64,000 nt of DNA from assembly GCA_963835065.1 (NCBI GenBank), contig CAWIEK010000049.1:512001-576000 (forward strand), read 5' to 3'. The position numbers and the translations under genes are program-made. How positions within the stretch are numbered: position 1 is the first letter of the stretch; each line of letters begins with the position of its first letter. This DNA comes from an uncultured Chthonomonadaceae bacterium (GTDB taxonomy: Bacteria > Armatimonadota > Chthonomonadetes > Chthonomonadales > Chthonomonadaceae). Below are positions 9,306 to 19,083 of this stretch, piece after piece. Under the pieces are notes generated by a model. It ran no database searches. It was given only the letters and a program-made list of their open reading frames with translations, and was not told the DNA's origin.

Positions 9306-9713
9306 TCAGGGAACAACGGTAAAGGCGCTTCCATCGGCTTTGCGGTACGCATAAAAATGGCTATCCAGGGTAAAAATGCGCGTCGTGTTCAGGGTTTCCG
9401 ATGCGGCGACGAGGGAAGCGTCGGCGAGGTCGCAGGGCAGGTCACGGTATTGCGTCATAACGGCAACGACGCGGGCCAGTTCCCCGTCATCTGCATGGTG
9501 AACGCGCAGCGCCCTTGCGGACAGCATTTGCAGCAGTATGGCGACACGCGGCCAGCCGCCGGATTTGTCCAGCAGATAAGCGGTTTCGGCAAGGCACGGC
9601 CAGGTAGTTTGCAGCCCCTCGCGGAATGAGGCAACGGCGGCAGTACATCGGGCGTGAGCCGGTTCGCGGGGATCAATCAGCGCAACAAGCGGCGTTGTAT
9701 CTGTGAGCATCAA
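9306..9713 (-). CDS. vapC: PIN-domain toxin (VapC family)
   Basis: LTDTTPLVAL, CLAET, DLADASLV, TLDSHF. Confidence 0.85.
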   Translation of the reverse strand: MMLTDTTPLVALIDPREPAHARCTAAVASFREGLQTTWPCLAETAYLLDKSGGWPRVAILLQMLSARALRVHHADDGELARVVAVMTQYRDLPCDLADASLVAASETLNTTRIFTLDSHFYAYRKADGSAFTVVP

Positions 9714-10048
9714 CGGCTGTTCTCTTTTGCTAAATCCTCAGCCCAATGGTTCCAGAGAGACTCCTCGACGTGATCCCCAAACTGCTGGTGCGTCGTGTTC
9801 GGCTGATACTGTTCCGGGTGAGCCGTTTGTGCGTCCCAGTGCGGCTTGAGAAACGCAAGCAGGCGCTCGCCTTCAGTAGGTTCCGGCGGATACTCAATAG
9901 ATTGTTGTTCTTCGGTTCGGGCGGTGTCGGTCAATTGCTGCAACGCCTCGGTCGCCAGTTCGTTCAGGCTTTTGCCCTGCGCGGCAGCAATGTGCATCAA
10001 TTGTTCCGCCAGTTTGTCATCAAGCGTCAGTGTCGTCATGGGCATCAT
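9710..10048 (-). CDS. Putative antitoxin with RHH-like N-terminus
   Basis: TLTLDDKLAEQL...GKSLNELATEAL; overlaps the vapC start; start codon uncertain (10039-10060). Confidence 0.6.
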   Translation of the reverse strand: MMPMTTLTLDDKLAEQLMHIAAAQGKSLNELATEALQQLTDTARTEEQQSIEYPPEPTEGERLLAFLKPHWDAQTAHPEQYQPNTTHQQFGDHVEESLWNHWAEDLAKENSR

Positions 10049-11490
10049 TCTCGCTTTCATCGCCTGTCTCGTCTGCCTCGTCGTCCGCTTCGATTTCTTC
10101 CCCGATGGTTTCCCACTCTGCCGCCGATTCCGAAACCGGAAAGTTCACGCCGCGCACGTCTATCTTTCCGGTGACAACATCGGCAATCAGGCGGGTACGG
10201 TACTCACGGATAAGTTCGATCTCGCATGTTGGCTTTATCTATTGCCATGCGTAATCCGCGCTGTCTCTACTCAATATAGGAATAATCTGATCCTTCCAAC
10301 ATCGGCCTTGCTCGTCAATTGACGGAACCGGGATGGTTATTGCCATTAAGCGGTCTTTGGTGAGTTTCGGTTGCGCGGCTCCGGTAATCCAAGGTCGGTA
10401 ATTTAGAGTTTCCATGACGAGAGCAAGGTATTCAAGTCTACCGCTTTTCGGCTTGAGAAAGTGCGCGTGATTGTTGACCCAAAATTTTCCTCGTGCGATA
10501 ATAGCGAGTGGCAGATTGCGAAGAACAAGATTCGCTCCCATCTACAATGGCAATTCACCAAGTAGGTTGTCTTCAAAGAGATAGACGTCACTTGTCAATT
10601 GCGGCTGACTGCGCCATAGTACTGTCATATTCTGCCGCAGATGTCATTCCTACGCCCGCTCATAATGCCATAAGCGTTGGGATGCGGCGCGTGATAAGGA
10701 AAACGCCACTTTCAGTTTTGTTCGGTGTCTTGCCTCTGTAATCAACTATCGAACTACCAACTTCGTAAGTGCTGTACTTGCCAATGCGCGGGGATGTCGC
10801 CGAGCCAGTCTACGCCGGAAGGCTTGCGGGGCGCGTCGGGGTCAAGGCCGACGGTGACGGCGCGGTGAATGACGGCCTGTTTCTGCTCGTGCAGGAGTTC
10901 GATCAGGCGGCGTTTGGCTTTGATGAGACGGTTTACGCGGTGGTCAGTGTGTTCGAGAAAACGTACAATAGCGTCTTGTTCGTCACGCGGAGGGCAGATA
11001 AGGCCTGAATGCGAAACGCTCGTATGTAAAGGCGTCAATGCCACTTCCCAACTCCGGTTAGAACGCTGTTCAGATTGGTCACATAATGCTGGCTGACTTG
11101 AATAAGTACTCGATAGTACCGCGGCATTGCCGTTTCCATGGGGGCGATAAACACGTGTACGCAGGACTAACAAGGCCATTTGCCGCGAGAACGGCGCATA
11201 CTCCATTCCACGCCAGCAGAGGTTATACGCAAGATCATTCGCGTCGTACTATCTCGTAGTTTCACCAGATGACGACTGTCTGCGAGTTCAATACTCGCTT
11301 TCATTCATCCAGGCGCGACGCCTGAATATTGGGATAGCCGACAGTATCTGAGCCGTCTTCGGATACGCCTGAGTTTACCTTCGTAAATAACAGATCTTAA
11401 CGACGCATATCGCCAATGCGCGGGTATCTGTCCAAGCCATTCGACGCCGGAGTTTTTGTAGGTAGAATAAGGTTTTAGACAAAGACTCAT
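10020..11490 (-). pseudogene. hsdS: Type I RM specificity subunit, multiply frameshifted as assembled
   Basis: KPYSTYKNSGVEWLGQIPAHW, central EQKQAVIHRAVTVGLDP...SGVDWLGDIPAHW, TRD fragment GKFWVNNHAH, C-terminal EYRTRLIADVVTGKIDVR; no continuous frame. Confidence 0.85.
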
Positions 11491-11535
11491 TGTGATTTTC
11501 CAATTGGGAGCGATACCGGATGTAGGATCGATACG

Positions 11536-12509
11536 GGGCAATCACGGCGGATTGCCCGTACCGCCGTTTATCTCTATCTATTGCGCTGCCAATGTAGGGG
11601 CAACCCCCTGTGATTGCCCTGCTATCAATTGGGCCGTGTTGGGGCAATCACGGGAATCAGGGCAATCACGGGAATCAGGGCAATCACGGGAATCAGGGCA
11701 ATCACGGGGGATTGCCCCTACGCATGGTTTGTGTTCTCGGCGTCCTTGTCCCATTGACCGGGATTGTTTTCGATGTAGGCGCGTATGGAATTGAGCGATA
11801 CCTCGTTGCGGACGATGTGTTCGTAATAGTTGCGTTGCCAGAGCCGTCCGGCGTAGGGTGTCCATCCCTGCCCCTTAACGCCGTCCGTGTACCGTTTCGT
11901 TGTCATGGTTTTGAAACGATGCACCACGTCCGGCAAGGACATGGTAGGGACAATCCCCCGTGATTGCTCCCGTTCCAATGATTGCTCCCGTTCCAATGAT
12001 TGCCCTGCTTCCCGTGATTGCTCGGTAGGTACAGGGGCAACCACAGGGGGTTGCCCGTACACTATTGAGTCACGATTTTGTGCCTGCCCGGTATTATTTA
12101 CCGTTTCCGGCGCGTCGTTGGGCGTCAAAACAATGATACCGTGAAAATGGTTGGGCATGACTACGAAGGCGTCCGTATCCACGCCATAATAGAAAATGGA
12201 CAATTCCTGCCAGATTGTTTCTATCATGCGGCCTGCGTCATTGAGAAGCATCTGCCCGTCAATGATCTCGCCGAACAGATTTTCCCGGTTCTGGACGCAG
12301 AACGTAACGAAGTACGCTCCGGCGCGAGTGTAGTCGTACCCTTTCAATCGAATAGAACGGCGATGATGTTGGTCTGGATCATGTTTTGTGGTCATGCCTG
12401 CGCCTTCGTTCGTAATGGGGGCAACCACGGGGGGTTGCCCCTACACGGTATTGTTTCGTTAATTATAACGGCAATGACATGGTACGGGCAACCCCCGTGG
12501 TTGCCCCTA
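11536..12509. repeat. REP palindromes GTAG/GTAC-GGGCAA(C/T)CCCC(C/T)GTG(A/G)TTGCCC around and inside the RAYT gene
   Basis: Copies near 11536, 11594, 11696, 11944, 12034, 12417 and 12482; 18-bp tandem GGGCAATCACGGGAATCA at 11642-11710. Confidence 0.85.
11718..12395 (-). mobile_element. REP-associated tyrosine transposase (RAYT, Y1 HUH)
   Basis: HRRSIRLKGYDY, YFVT, MPNHFHGII (HUH), WQRNYYEHIVR, YIENNP; flanked by REPs. Confidence 0.9.
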
Positions 12510-12819
12510 ATGACCTCACCCGGTAGCCCACCGAAATAATGACATCGAGGTTGTAGTAAGCGGAACGGTATCTTTTGCTATCGGCGGCAGTTGTCAAGTA
12601 ATACTTGACAACTGAATCTTCCTCCAACTCCCTTTCCGCAAAAATGTTACGAAGGTGCAGGCTGATATTCTGTTTTGTGGTCTGGAAAAGTTCCGACATC
12701 TGAGCCTGAGACAGCCAGACCGTCTCTCCCTCCAGACGCACTTCGATCTGCGTTTGCAGGTCTTCCGTTTGGTAGAGGATCAGTTCGGATTGTGGGGGAT
12801 TCTCATTGGCTTCGTTCAT
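12463..12819 (-). pseudogene. rhuM: RhuM-family protein, C-terminally truncated at a REP
   Basis: ETVWLSQAQMSELF...YNLDVIISVGYRVRS, then runs into REP-derived sequence. Confidence 0.75.
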
Positions 12820-14891
12820 TCTGCCGCCTCCGTTTCAATCAGGATTTCGCCAAGCAAACCTTCGGTTTCGCGCTCTAAGGCTTCTATGTCGGCGCGTATG
12901 GCGTCCAGCGAACGCAAGGGCTGCGGTTTGTAGAAATAGCGCGTGAACGAGATTTCATAACCGATTTTGGTGGCGTCCGTATCTATCCATGCGTCGGGAA
13001 CGTAGGGCTGCACTTCGCGGCAGAAAAAGGCTTCGATGCCGCCCGGTTCCAGAAGCGGAACCTGCTCCGTATCGCGCAATTCGGGGTCGGGTTCGTACTC
13101 GGTCGCGCCCCTGATGCGCCGAACAATGGGCGCGGCGGTTTCGTCTCGGACGGCAAGCGCGGACTGCAGCAGTTTCAAGCGCTTGGCCGGCAGCTTCACG
13201 CCCTGTTTGGCTGCGTCCCGCGCGATGGCCTCCGAAAACACGTTGTAGTCGGGATGGGGGCCGGGGCCGAGTGTGGCGGCAACGCGCTCCACGAGTGGCG
13301 CCAGCGGTTCCTCTTTCGCGTCCGCGCAGGCCGTCCGAAACGCAGCAAGACGCTCCGGCGACAGAGTTACGGACAGCCGCAGAGGACGCTCGACCGTGAT
13401 TTTCCAGTACCCGAACGCCTCATTGGGGAAAATCCGGCTTTGCGGGGTTTCTTCAAACTTGAGAAACGTATCCAGAATACGCTGCTGATCGGCATGGGAC
13501 AGTTCGCAGTTTTTCTTGCCCAGGTTTTTGCGCAGGGGCTTGAACCATTGCGTGGCGTCAATCAACTGCACCTTGCCGCGTCGGTGGTCGGGCTTGCGAT
13601 TGGACAGCACCCAGATATAGGTGGCGATGCCCGTATTGTAGAAGATATTGAGCGGCAGGGCGATAATGGCTTCCAGCCAGTCGTTTTCGCAAATCCAGCG
13701 GCGGATATTGCTTTCTCCCTGTCCCGCGTCACCGGTGAACAGGGATGAGCCATTATGGACTTCGGCGATGCGGCTGCCGTGCGGCGCGTCCGGCTTCATC
13801 TTGGACAGCATGTTGACCAGAAACATCAACTGCCCATCGGAAGAGCGCGTCAGCAGGCTGTATTCCGGGTCGCCCGCGTGGGTGATCATAAAGCGCGGGT
13901 CGCTCATGTTCTTCTTGCCGTCCCATCGGTTGAGATCGGCCTGCCAACTTTTGCCATACGGCGGATTGGAGAGGAGAAAATCAAAGCGGCGGTTGTGGTA
14001 TTCGTCCTGTGAGAGGGTGGAGGCCAGGCGGATGTTATCGGCGTCCGCGCCCTCGCCTTTGAGCAGCAGATCGGCTTTGGCAATGGCATAGGTTTCCGGG
14101 TTCACTTCCTGCCCGTACAGGTGAATGGAGGGCGTCACGCCGCGCTGCGCGGCCAGTTCCAATAGCCGCTCCTCGGCAACCGTCAACATTCCGCCCGTGC
14201 CACAAGCCCCGTCGTAAACGTGGTAACTTCCCGGCGTGATTTTGTCGGCAATCGGCAGCAGAATCAAATCCGCCATCAGCCGCACCACGTCGCGGGGCGT
14301 CCAGTGTTCCCCGGCCTCCTCGTTGTTGTCTTCGTTGAATCGGCGTATCAGCTCCTCAAAGATCGTTCCCATCGAATGGTTGTCAAGACCGGGCAGGCGT
14401 TCCGTGCCGTCGTCGTTCAGAACGGGGTTGGGCGACAGGTTGATTTTATCGCTGAGAAACTTGTCCAGCAGGCCACCGATAAGGTCAGCCTCCGCCAGAT
14501 GCGGTATCTGGTTGCGAAACTTGAACTTGTCCAGAATGGTACGCACGTTCTCGGAATAGCCGTCCAGGTATTCCTCGAAGTCGGCTTTCAACTGCGCCTG
14601 TTTCGTCTGCTTCTTCAAATCGCGCAGGGTAAACTTCGACGTGTTATAGAACGCCTGCCCTGCCTCGGAGCGCAGGGCGGCTTCCTTATCAATGACGCCT
14701 GCATTGTCGAGCATCGCGTTCATAGCGAGAACCGCCTGCTTGGTGTCTTCCAGCAGGGCGTCTAAGCGGCGCAGAACCGTCATCGGCAAAATCACGTCAC
14801 GGTATTTGCCGCGCACATAATAATCGCGCAGCACATCGTCGGCGATATTCCAGATAAAGCTAACAAGACTGCTATGCAGTGCCTGATCCAA
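12816..14891 (-). CDS. hsdM: Type I RM methyltransferase subunit M
   Basis: AGEHWTPRDVV, YDGACGTGGML, LSNPPYG, FYNTGIATYIW. Confidence 0.95.
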   Translation of the reverse strand: MDQALHSSLVSFIWNIADDVLRDYYVRGKYRDVILPMTVLRRLDALLEDTKQAVLAMNAMLDNAGVIDKEAALRSEAGQAFYNTSKFTLRDLKKQTKQAQLKADFEEYLDGYSENVRTILDKFKFRNQIPHLAEADLIGGLLDKFLSDKINLSPNPVLNDDGTERLPGLDNHSMGTIFEELIRRFNEDNNEEAGEHWTPRDVVRLMADLILLPIADKITPGSYHVYDGACGTGGMLTVAEERLLELAAQRGVTPSIHLYGQEVNPETYAIAKADLLLKGEGADADNIRLASTLSQDEYHNRRFDFLLSNPPYGKSWQADLNRWDGKKNMSDPRFMITHAGDPEYSLLTRSSDGQLMFLVNMLSKMKPDAPHGSRIAEVHNGSSLFTGDAGQGESNIRRWICENDWLEAIIALPLNIFYNTGIATYIWVLSNRKPDHRRGKVQLIDATQWFKPLRKNLGKKNCELSHADQQRILDTFLKFEETPQSRIFPNEAFGYWKITVERPLRLSVTLSPERLAAFRTACADAKEEPLAPLVERVAATLGPGPHPDYNVFSEAIARDAAKQGVKLPAKRLKLLQSALAVRDETAAPIVRRIRGATEYEPDPELRDTEQVPLLEPGGIEAFFCREVQPYVPDAWIDTDATKIGYEISFTRYFYKPQPLRSLDAIRADIEALERETEGLLGEILIETEAAE

Positions 14892-14895
14892 TCGG

Positions 14896-14998
14896 TTCTC
14901 CTCCCCTGAATTCCCCGTGTTCTCCGTGTTCCCCGTGGTTTATCTTCTCTTGTGTTTTTCTCTGTGACCCCTCTGTGTCTCTGTGCCTCTGTGGTGAA
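14896..14998 (-). repeat. Two 9-nt periodic repeats upstream of hsdM
   Basis: Reverse complement reads TTCACCACAGAGGCACAGAGACACAGAG and AAACCACGGGGAACACGGAGAACACGGGG. Confidence 0.75.
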
Positions 14999-15008
14999 GG
15001 GTTCTCTC

Positions 15009-16421
15009 CTACTCCCCCGTGACGCCTTCCACCTGCCCCCGGTAATTGGGCGCGGACAGGGCGGCGGCTTCCACGGCTTCGGGGAAACTCGGATAGGCAT
15101 GCATGGTGTCGGCGATTGACGTGACCGGTAAGTGGTGCTTCATGCAGATGGCGAGTTCCGCGATGATGCTGGATGCCTGCGGGCCGATGAGATGCGCCCC
15201 TAAAATCTGGCCGTCCAGTTCGTCCAGCACCAGTTTCACCATGCCTTTGGGTTCGCCGTACAGAATGGCGCGGTCCAGATCGGCGAACGAGAACGTCCGC
15301 GTCACCACATCCATATCTTTTTCGCGGGCTTCTTTTTCCGTGCAGCCGATGCTGGCGACTTCGGGGTGGATGTAGGTGCAGCGCGGCACGACGCGGTGAT
15401 CGAACGGTTCCGGCTTGTCGGCAAAGGCGTTCATGGCGACAAGTTTGCCCTCATAACTGGCGACGTGCGTGAACAGATACCCGCCCGCAATATCGCCCGC
15501 CGCCCAGATATGCGGCACTGACGTGCGCAAATAGTGGTCGGTCTTGATGTGGCGCGGGTCGGAGTCAAGGCCGGTTGCGCCGATGTTCAATCCCTCGAAC
15601 GCGCCCATGCGCCCAATCGCCACCAGTATCTCGTCGCAGACCAAATCCTCGCTGCCGCCCGAATGGTGAACGCGCACCTGCTTGGCAGCCACGCCGTTCT
15701 GCACCTTCTGAACATTCTCCACCTTTACGCCCGTCAGGATACGTATCCCCTCTTCGGTCAAGAACTGTGCCGCTAAACGGGCAATGTCCTCATCTTCGCG
15801 GGGCAAAACGCAGCTATCGCGCTCCAAAACGGTCACTTCCGCGCCGAACCGCCGAAACACCTGCGCGAATTCCAGTCCAATCGGCCCCGCGCCCAAAATC
15901 ACCATGCGCTTTGGCAGCGATTCTAAATGCACGGCCTCGCGGTTGGTAATGAAGCCGGTTTCCACCAGTCCGGGAATCGGGGGCACGGCGGGCACGGTTC
16001 CGGTTGCTATGATAATCTGCTTGCCCGTGACAACCTCATCCCCCATGCGGACTTCATGCGGCCCTTCAAACTGCGCCCGCGCCTTGAAGAACGCGCCGCC
16101 CATTTTGCCCAGCCCGCCGTCCAGCGAGGGCGAATCGCCTTCTATCCGGCGCACCGCGCGTTCCTTATAAGCCATTGCGTCGGCAAAGTCGGCTTTGGTA
16201 ACATCCACGTGGATGCCGAACTCCTGCGCGTTGCGTACCGTGTGCCACACTTCCGCCGCGCGCACCATCGCCTTTGTCGGCACACAGCCGGCCCAAAAAC
16301 ACTCGCCGCCCACTTCGCGCTCTTCGGCCATCGCCACTTTGCGGCCCAATTTGGCGGCGGTCCGCGCGGCCTTCAGTCCCGCCGAACCGCCCCCAATAAC
16401 AACCAGATCAAACTCCTGCAC
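15009..16421 (-). CDS. Class I pyridine nucleotide-disulfide oxidoreductase (Lpd/MerA-like)
   Basis: GGGSAG, GGECFWAGCVPTK, GAGPIG, WAAGD, HAYPSFPE; lacks the MerA C-terminal CC. Confidence 0.85.
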   Translation of the reverse strand: MQEFDLVVIGGGSAGLKAARTAAKLGRKVAMAEEREVGGECFWAGCVPTKAMVRAAEVWHTVRNAQEFGIHVDVTKADFADAMAYKERAVRRIEGDSPSLDGGLGKMGGAFFKARAQFEGPHEVRMGDEVVTGKQIIIATGTVPAVPPIPGLVETGFITNREAVHLESLPKRMVILGAGPIGLEFAQVFRRFGAEVTVLERDSCVLPREDEDIARLAAQFLTEEGIRILTGVKVENVQKVQNGVAAKQVRVHHSGGSEDLVCDEILVAIGRMGAFEGLNIGATGLDSDPRHIKTDHYLRTSVPHIWAAGDIAGGYLFTHVASYEGKLVAMNAFADKPEPFDHRVVPRCTYIHPEVASIGCTEKEAREKDMDVVTRTFSFADLDRAILYGEPKGMVKLVLDELDGQILGAHLIGPQASSIIAELAICMKHHLPVTSIADTMHAYPSFPEAVEAAALSAPNYRGQVEGVTGE

Positions 16422-16440
16422 GTTCGTTCCTTTCGAGGAG

Positions 16441-16562
16441 GTAGTCAGTAGTCAGTAGTCAGTAGTCAGTAGACAATGCTCCTCTACTCATAACTTTAGT
16501 TGTCAAAACAGTCTTGCAGGAGCAGGCATTTCTACTGACTACTGACTACTGACTACTGACTA
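16441..16562. repeat. Heptamer inverted-repeat element (AGTCAGT versus ACTGACT)
   Basis: Opposed tandem arrays; supplies the esterase C-terminus VVSSQ-stop. Confidence 0.85.
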
Positions 16563-17355
16563 CTTCTACTATGCTCGTTAATGCCGCCCGGATCGCCCGA
16601 TCCCAGTAGGGCAGCGTGTGATGGCCCGACGTTTCGACATAAGTGTGCCGGTAGCCGAGGAAGTCGAGATGCTGATGGAAGCGGCGGTTCGCTTCTAAGA
16701 GGGGGTCTTCCACGCCGCAGGCAAGGTAGAGATTGGGGCGGGCGGGGGGCCATGTGGAAAGCGCGTCTTCGGCCAGCGCGAACACATTGGACGCGCGGCG
16801 CAGGGCGGCGTTTTGCTGCGGGTCGCCGAAAACAGGATGCGGTTCTTTGGCGCGGGTGATTTCAAACGCGCCGCTGAAACTCAGCGCCAGCGAAAACATC
16901 TGTCCGTACTTCAGCGCGATTTTCACGGCTCCCTGCCCCCCCATGCTCATGCCGCCAATCGTCCAATTTCTGCCGGGGGAAAGCAGGGGCAGGGTTTGCT
17001 GAAGATGCGGGACAAAATCCTGCATCAAGTCGTCCTCATAATTGGCCTGCCCGTCGTAAGCGTTCGTGTACCAGCCCTGAGCGCCTTCGGGAAAGGCAAT
17101 AAACAGGTTGTACGCGGCGGCATAGCGGGCAAGGCGCGTATGTTCCGGCCACGTACGATAATCGCCTTTCCGTCCGTGCAGCAAAATCAGCAGGGGGAAG
17201 CGCGTATCCGGCGGCGTTTGTTCCGGCTCAAATCCGGGCGGCGCAAAGTAACCGTAAGGCTGTTCGCGTCCCAATGCGCGAGAAAAATACGCGCTTGTAT
17301 GCAGGGGAAGCGGCGTTACGTCATTCACCGCCGAATCATTGTGACGAACGGGCAT
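16546..17355 (-). CDS. Alpha/beta-hydrolase esterase (S-formylglutathione hydrolase/tributyrin esterase type)
   Basis: PLLILLHG, GMSMGG nucleophile elbow, CGVED, GHHTLPYW. Confidence 0.85.
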   Translation of the reverse strand: MPVRHNDSAVNDVTPLPLHTSAYFSRALGREQPYGYFAPPGFEPEQTPPDTRFPLLILLHGRKGDYRTWPEHTRLARYAAAYNLFIAFPEGAQGWYTNAYDGQANYEDDLMQDFVPHLQQTLPLLSPGRNWTIGGMSMGGQGAVKIALKYGQMFSLALSFSGAFEITRAKEPHPVFGDPQQNAALRRASNVFALAEDALSTWPPARPNLYLACGVEDPLLEANRRFHQHLDFLGYRHTYVETSGHHTLPYWDRAIRAALTSIVEVVSSQ

Positions 17356-17401
17356 TGCTAAAAACCTCATGAACACCGTCCCAAATCTGTTATAATAAAT
17401 T

Positions 17402-18005
17402 GTGAACGACGAACTTTTCCTCAAACAACTGGATGACAATATCCCGCAGATGGACAGTACCCGGCATACCCGCACTCCTGCCGACGACCAGCAATTTCAG
17501 CAGGCGCTTCATGCCCGCGCCTGGGAGTCGGAGCGTACACAGCACATCATCTGGGAACTGCCTGCCAATCCCCGTTTTCAGGTGACGCGCGGCGGCTTGC
17601 GGCGGGATTGGACATGGCTGCGCCCCATAGCGGCGAACATCGCGTTTTTGAGCCTGTTTATTTTTACGCTGATGTTATGGCCTCATTCTCACCCACGCCC
17701 CGCGTCTTCCGCTATCCCTTCACAACCTGTAGTTCCTGCCGCGCAGGTCCACTTTGCCGTCCTCCCCTGCCGCTTATCGCGTGGCGGCGACAAACTGGCA
17801 GTCAAGTTCCCTGAGAACAAACCTTCGCCCCGGCTATTCTCCCGTTGCGCGTTCGTTCCCGGCAAGGCCGTCGCTGTATGCGGGCAATCCCATCCACGAT
17901 TATACGCCCGCGCGCCCCGCAATTCCATTCCACGCCACCAGTTACCGGGTTGCGCCATCCGCCCCTATCGCCAGCAGCATCCCCGCCCTGCAATCTCCCT
18001 ACTGA
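17402..18005 (+). CDS. Hypothetical single-TM protein, probable frameshift near 17765
   Basis: Helical N-terminus plus TM segment; Pro/Ser-rich tail continues in ORF 17754-18005. Confidence 0.4.
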
Positions 18006-18237
18006 GGCGTTTACAAGCGCCCCGACGCGATGCTTGTAAATCGCTGCTTGTGTATTGTACTCCAAAGGGTTTTTCCTGTCTACTTGCGCTTTGCAGTGGC
18101 AATAAAATGCTGTCTGTGCCGCGTACATATCTTCCTTTCCGCCGGTTCAGCAATGCTCGCCTGTCCACTTCAACACAGGAATATCGCCCGTGCGGCAAAA
18201 GAATCCAAATAAATTTACATCTAGGGGCATTAACCTC

Positions 18238-18267
18238 TTGACAACCTACCGCTAGGGATGATATTAT
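18238..18267 (+). promoter_or_regulatory. Sigma70 promoter for nrdR
   Basis: TTGACA-N18-TATTAT with extended TG. Confidence 0.65.
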
Positions 18268-18346
18268 CTTCTCAGGCCGTATTTAGATACAATTTTGAAC
18301 AGATCACGGGAATAATACAGACAGGTAGCGTTGGAAGGCGCGATTA

Positions 18347-18362
18347 CCGCTAGATATAGGCC
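18347..18362. promoter_or_regulatory. Putative NrdR box
   Basis: ccgCTAGATATAGgcc fits CwAnATaTwG; weaker boxes 31 nt upstream and at 18212-18227. Confidence 0.5.
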
Positions 18363-18448
18363 ATCGTAGGGTGGAAAGCAAAAGTTCGCGCGCTTGTCGG
18401 CAAGCAGTCGCTTTCTCACATAAAAGCAGGCAGGAACCATTGTAACGT

Positions 18449-18922
18449 ATGAAGTGTCCGTTCTGCGGCATTGTCAACCGGGATCGCGTGCTGGAAACGC
18501 GCACGCTCAATGAAGGAGCCTCCATCAAGCGACGGCGCGAATGTGAACATTGCGGTCGCCGCTTCACCACGATGGAGGAGATCGAAGAACTGCAGCTTTT
18601 TGTGGTCAAAAGCGACAATCGCCGCGTACCCTTCGACCGCAACAAGATCGTCGAGGGCATGCGGCTGGCCTGCAAAGGCCGCAAAAACATCGAGATGCAA
18701 ACGCTGGAAGAAGCCGCCGCCGACATCGAGCGGATGCTGTACAACCGCCTGGAAAAAGAAGTCCCGTCCCGCGAAATCGGCGAACTGGTAATGGACAAAC
18801 TCAAAGCCATTGATCAGGTAGCCTATGTGCGCTTCGCTTCCGTGTACCGCCAATTTGAGGACGCCACGCAGTTCAAGGAAATCGTCAACATGCTGCGGCG
18901 GCGCAATACGAAGAAGTCGTAA
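18449..18922 (+). CDS. nrdR: Transcriptional repressor NrdR
   Basis: MKCPFC, RRRECEHCGRRFTTME, ATP-cone, VAYVRFASVY. Confidence 0.97.
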   Translation: MKCPFCGIVNRDRVLETRTLNEGASIKRRRECEHCGRRFTTMEEIEELQLFVVKSDNRRVPFDRNKIVEGMRLACKGRKNIEMQTLEEAAADIERMLYNRLEKEVPSREIGELVMDKLKAIDQVAYVRFASVYRQFEDATQFKEIVNMLRRRNTKKS

Positions 18923-18924
18923 AG

Positions 18925-19080
18925 GGTGTCGGGTATTCGGTGTTGGGGTGTTCGGAAGCGCTCACCTTCGCGCACTGATTTGAGCGGAAGTACACGGGTT
19001 GTTACTACAAATTTTAGCCTGCCGAATACGAACATCTGCAACTGCCCGAACACCCAACACCTGAACACCGAACACCGACA
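18925..19080. repeat. Heptamer inverted-repeat element (TCGGTGT versus ACACCGA)
   Basis: Opposed arrays between nrdR and the HAD gene; same family at 26095-26120. Confidence 0.8.
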
Positions 19081-19083
19081 AGC

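Noticed and set aside
11642..11710. CRISPR array
   Set aside because: Head-to-tail 18-bp tandem units with no unique spacers; no cas genes in the window. The same applies to 59358-59452.
15009..16421. Mercuric reductase merA
   Set aside because: No C-terminal vicinal cysteines, no HMA domain, no mer genes.
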